DNA from: Paraspadella gotoi
Taxonomy: Eukaryota > Animalia > Chaetognatha
Length of the DNA stretch: 64,000 nt
Direction: 5' to 3'
NCBI GenBank assembly: GCA_051294375.1
Contig: CM119263.1
Span: 22,594,833-22,658,832 of the forward strand
Made by a program: the position numbers and the translations under genes. This document shows, piece by piece, positions 61,157-64,000 of this stretch (positions are counted from its first letter, which is position 1; every line of letters begins with the position of its first letter). The notes beneath the pieces are model-generated. The model saw nothing but the letters and a program-made list of their open reading frames with translations. It was not told where the DNA came from and did no database searches.

Positions 61157-62282
61157 TTTTAGTCGAATCTGCTTATCAGCAGATTCCGACTCTATGTCTA
61201 TAATTCACTTTGTCGGTCCGCCCCCTCAATATTGTCGGACATTTACTTAAATTACGTCAGAACTTTGAATTATTATATATTATGAAAAAAAAATGATGTC
61301 CGTCCGTCCGTCTGTCTATCCGTCCGTCAGTCCGTCCGTCCGTTCACCATTAGCAAAAATTCCTCGTGATTGGAATGAAATTTTGTGTGTGGTTAGGAAA
61401 GTGTGTGATTAAGCTGGATATTAAGTTTCGATGAAATCGTGCGAGTTAATATGAGTTTAAATGGAAAAAACAAGTCATATTTACTCAAATCTTTTTATTA
61501 ATTCTAACCCATAATGAATCGAATTATTTATAAATGAATGAATGAGATGAAATTTTTTGTGTGGGTGGGAAAATGTGTGATTGAGCAGGATATAAAGGCT
61601 CAATGGAATCGAGGAGTGAAAATAAGTTTGCATGAAAAAAACAAAGTCAATTTGACTTGAATTTTTATTATTTATGCCTACACATAAATTTTTTAATTAA
61701 TCATTTAATTAATTGATTAATTAATTAAAAAATTAAAAAATTATGCAAGTTGAAAATATTATGCCAGTTGAAAATATTATACATGTTGAAAATATTATGC
61801 AAGTTGAAAAAATTATGAAAGTTGAAAATATTATGCAAGTTGAAAATATTATGCAAGTTGAAAATATTATTGTAGTCGGGCATTGCCTAGGTTCACCCCG
61901 CCTATAAGCATAACTCTTTCAATTGTGACCCGGTGGCTCATTGAGTAAAGCCATCAGCTCATGACCACTAGGTACTGGGTTCAATCCCAACCCGGTACCT
62001 ACCCTGCGGGAAGAGTGAGGATGGCCGTAAGCTGCCTTGGGGGCGTCGCAAACCCTCAAGCCTGGTTCCAAGCCCAGGACCCGTTCCATGTCTGCTAGAG
62101 GGGGTTATAGAAGTTATGGATAGTCATCTTCTGCCCACTTAGCGCCTTATCCACATTATGCAAATTGAAAATATTATGTAAGTTGAAAATATTATGCAAA
62201 CTGAAAATTTTATGCAAGTTGAAAATACTATGCAAGTTGAAAATATTATGCAAGTTGAAAATATTATGCATATTGAAAATAT
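61157..62282 (+). mobile_element. DINE-1/HINE-like (Helentron-associated) non-autonomous element with internal tandem repeats
   Basis: Begins in a T-run with the hairpin AGTCGAATCTGC..GCAGATTCCGACT, then a (GTCC/GTCT)n microsatellite at ~61298-61342, two ~175 bp internal repeats and a ~19 bp satellite (TTATGCAAGTTGAAAATA). The family assignment is by architecture only. Confidence 0.6.
61871..62155 (+). mobile_element. 285 bp solo-LTR-like insertion (TGT..ACA, 4-bp TSD TTAT) containing a tRNA-like Pol III cassette
   Basis: Interrupts the satellite with TTAT duplicated at 61867-61870 and 62156-62159. Internal ~61927-61998 has A box TGGCTCATTGAG, loop CTCATGA and B box GGTTCAATCCC. Confidence 0.7.
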
Positions 62283-63392
62283 TTAACCACCACCATCTCC
62301 TACTTTATTTCCTCCATATTTCGTTCGTGACCCCTGATTTTGACCGTTAATTTCCCGTACCGTACAATAAATGATATGAGAAAAAAAAATTCAAATTTTG
62401 GTCCTTGTCCTGTATTTAGTCATATCTTTGCTACCATATAAGCTTTTGCATAAATATTTTTCTTATTAAATGTGTTAAGACAACCCATTCAAAGGCAAGG
62501 ATTATAATCATCGATTTTTTTATGTTTCTGCATACACTACGCCACGTTAGTTTTCATCGTGTCTATGATTATTCAACAAATTGGTTAGTCACTGAACTAT
62601 TTCGACGTTATACTTATAACTTAAGTTACATTTCGCAAAAAGCCTTATGGCTGACAATGCTGTGCCATCAGTTTGCCTGCCACGTCACGGGGACTGGGGA
62701 GACGGGGAGTGTGGAATAAGGAGTATGGGCCGAAATTGCGAGAGGAAGTCTCCGAACCATGCACTGCCTAGACTTGTAAAGACAAGAGAAAAGGGGACTC
62801 GGGAGGGAGGCACTGATGTTGAGACATAGAGAGAAAGAAGGAGAGAGATTCTGTTTCTCTTCGCTTTCAGTCTTGCGCGGTCAAGGTCATAATCTAGGAC
62901 ACTGTCAGCCTTATTTGGGAGATAAAAAGAGCATCTGAGTTATGGTCGTCTGGACTTTACACCATCGCGTCTTGATGCATAAAAAGAAACACGAGTCAAA
63001 TCGGTTTCCATGTAACCACAAGGGAGTTTGCGGAAGGTGACCCGATGAATTTTCTCAGTCGGGGGGGGGAGGTTGGAACGAAAGTGAGAGTCGAGAAAAA
63101 CAAGAAGGCGTTTGTTTTGTCATGGGGCTCCCTTAATAATCCTTCTCGCCGAAGGAACGAGTCGAAGAAGAAATCATCAGCCGAATCGTCTAACAGCCGA
63201 CGGGGCGGAAAAAAAGGAAAAAGCTCTCGCTCCGCCGCCATTTTTATTTCGAATGACTTTCTCGTTTCTTTGACTTTGTCCTTCAGTCGATTCGCAGCTT
63301 TCTCCATGATCCGTCCCAAAATTATCTCTGAACTAATAAGTTTACAGTCTAAACTAAAAATAATTAGACGAGAGATTTTGAGTGAATTAGGA

Positions 63393-63740
63393 TTGTACCC
63401 ACGTAGGATTGCGCCGAGAAAATTGTGTCCACCGTATTGCGCCCACATATAATTGCACCCATAGTATTGCTCCCAACTAAGATTGGTCCCTCGTAATATT
63501 CCGCCAGCATAGTATTCCACCGAGGAGGATTCCGCCCACACAGGATTACGCCCTGAGAATTGCGCCTATACGATTTGGCCCATAGGATTGGGTCCAGGTA
63601 CGATTGGGCCAGCATACGGAGACGAATCCCATGTGGGCGGAATGCTATGGGTCTAATTGTATGTGAGCACAATGCTGCGTGGGTGCAATAATTGGGGCCC
63701 AATCTTATTGGCCCAATACTACGTCGGCGCAATCCTGCCA
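63393..63740 (+). repeat. Degenerate ~16-17 bp tandem repeat (ATTGCGCCCATA.G-like)
   Basis: Recurrent ATTG..CCCA units. Confidence 0.7.
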
Positions 63741-64000
63741 CCACCTGAGTGGACTCTTTATTATGTTCCATACACAGACAGGTACCCGTCTTGTTTTGAC
63801 AATTTTTTTTTCAGATTCCATCCTTTCATTTCACGGAACTTAAACTTTATCTCTCCCATTTAGCCGGATATTCCGATCGAAACCTGGTGCTATAGCATTT
63901 TCCTCGTTTTAACCATCGGCGTCGTCAAGGTCGTCGTTATCCTTTCGCATTAAAATAACCATCGTCGCTTCATCGATTTTCTTCACTCGGGCGAGGTTCA

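Noticed and set aside
60410-63740. Short regularly spaced repeats as a CRISPR array
   Set aside because: Eukaryotic context, head-to-tail units without unique spacers, and no cas genes.

Overview
Eukaryotic (invertebrate metazoan) draft-genome DNA: AT-rich introns, GC-rich short exons, (GA)n microsatellites and N-gaps, three of them exactly 25 N. The organism cannot be identified from the sequence. Three intron-containing genes are visible. (1) A minus-strand Dscam-family Ig receptor; Ig1-Ig9 can be read from about 31.0 kb down to 2.8 kb, and the FNIII/TM part was not seen. Its Ig1-Ig4 exons occur twice in a ~7.6 kb tandem duplication, and its Ig7-Ig8 exons lie in a locally inverted, partly duplicated block. 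Both rearrangements abut 25-N gaps and may be assembly artefacts. (2) An unnamed plus-strand multi-exon gene (38.9-42.4 kb) whose protein carries a twice-repeated three-exon module ending in a CSTC motif. (3) A complete minus-strand DYRK1/minibrain kinase of 18 coding exons (~1,530 aa). Repeats include a Ty3/Gypsy remnant, TA-flanked MITEs, DINE-1/Helentron-like elements, tRNA-derived SINE heads, a TG..CA element carrying a tRNA-like Pol III cassette, and a palindrome of tRNA-Leu 3' halves. All gene models were read by eye; no alignment or database search was run.
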